Shown one piece after another: positions 8,047 to 8,344 of a stretch of DNA of 8,344 nt. The stretch covers positions 1-8,344 of the forward strand of contig JAAOMT010000681.1 in NCBI GenBank assembly GCA_016748015.1, read 5' to 3'. Each line of letters begins with the position of its first letter. The first letter of the stretch is position 1. The translations under genes were made by a program, and so were the position numbers. Source of the DNA: Geosiphon pyriformis uo1 (lineage: Eukaryota; Fungi; Glomeromycota). The notes beneath the pieces are model-generated. The model saw only the letters and a program-made list of their open reading frames with translations. It made no database searches and had not been told where the DNA came from.

Positions 8047-8343
8047 TCAGATTGAAACAATCCATGGGTGTTGGAGCGCTGCATCTGCTCCCAGCATCTT
8101 TTTTTTTAATTTACTTATAAAGTCCTTTCCATCATCAGAAGACACCGTATTAAGCCGTTCTAATAACTTGCCTAATTGATACATGTCCGAAAGAGTTGTG
8201 TAGGTATTATTCTCATCACACGTGCCATCATCCCAGTCTGTCAATAAGCTGTCAAATTTTTCGTTTATTTTACCTCCATGCTCGAAATCAATAAGAACAT
8301 ATTCGTAGCCTTGAGAATTATTCGAATCGTAAATAATATTCGA
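8047..8343 (-). CDS. C-terminal part of a protein kinase-like protein, probably Crinkler (CRN)-family type; 5' end lies outside the window
   Basis: The frame is open to the window edge: SNIIYDSNNSQGYEYVLIDFEHGG...LTDWDDGT...YTTLSDMYQLGKLL...DGKDFISKL...ADAALQHPWIVSI*. This gives the end of the catalytic loop (xNI), a DFE variant of DFG, subdomain IX (SDMYQLG) and subdomain XI (ALQHPW). The CRN assignment is from recalled family resemblance. Confidence 0.8.
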   Translation of the reverse strand, partial: SNIIYDSNNSQGYEYVLIDFEHGGKINEKFDSLLTDWDDGTCDENNTYTTLSDMYQLGKLLERLNTVSSDDGKDFISKLKKKMLGADAALQHPWIVSI

Positions 8344-8344
8344 T

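Overview
AT-rich eukaryotic, probably fungal, DNA. About 6.8 kb (~223-7048, minus strand) is one full-length but dead non-LTR retrotransposon (LINE). The many short minus-strand ORFs in the track are fragments of just two ancestral ORFs. ORF1 (~6928-5044) has RRM-like modules, one zinc knuckle and C-terminal leucine heptads. ORF2 (5047-358) runs APE endonuclease - reverse transcriptase - RNase H - CCHC finger. The two ORFs overlap by ATGA. The element ends in a short poly(A) tail and is bracketed by a 10-bp target-site duplication (TTGATAATTT). By manual read-through it carries about 24 premature stops but only 3 frameshifts. Five catalytic residues and one zinc ligand appear to have been lost by CpA/TpG->TpA transitions, a RIP-like signature, and CpG is strongly depleted. 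An extremely AT-rich spacer follows, then the 3' end of an uninterrupted minus-strand kinase-like gene resembling Crinkler (CRN)-type kinases. The protein style recalls Glomeromycota (e.g. Geosiphon-like) repeat families; this is from recollection, not a search. I see no evidence of a wholly new system. The best leads are the mutation signature, the ATGA coupling and the domain architecture.
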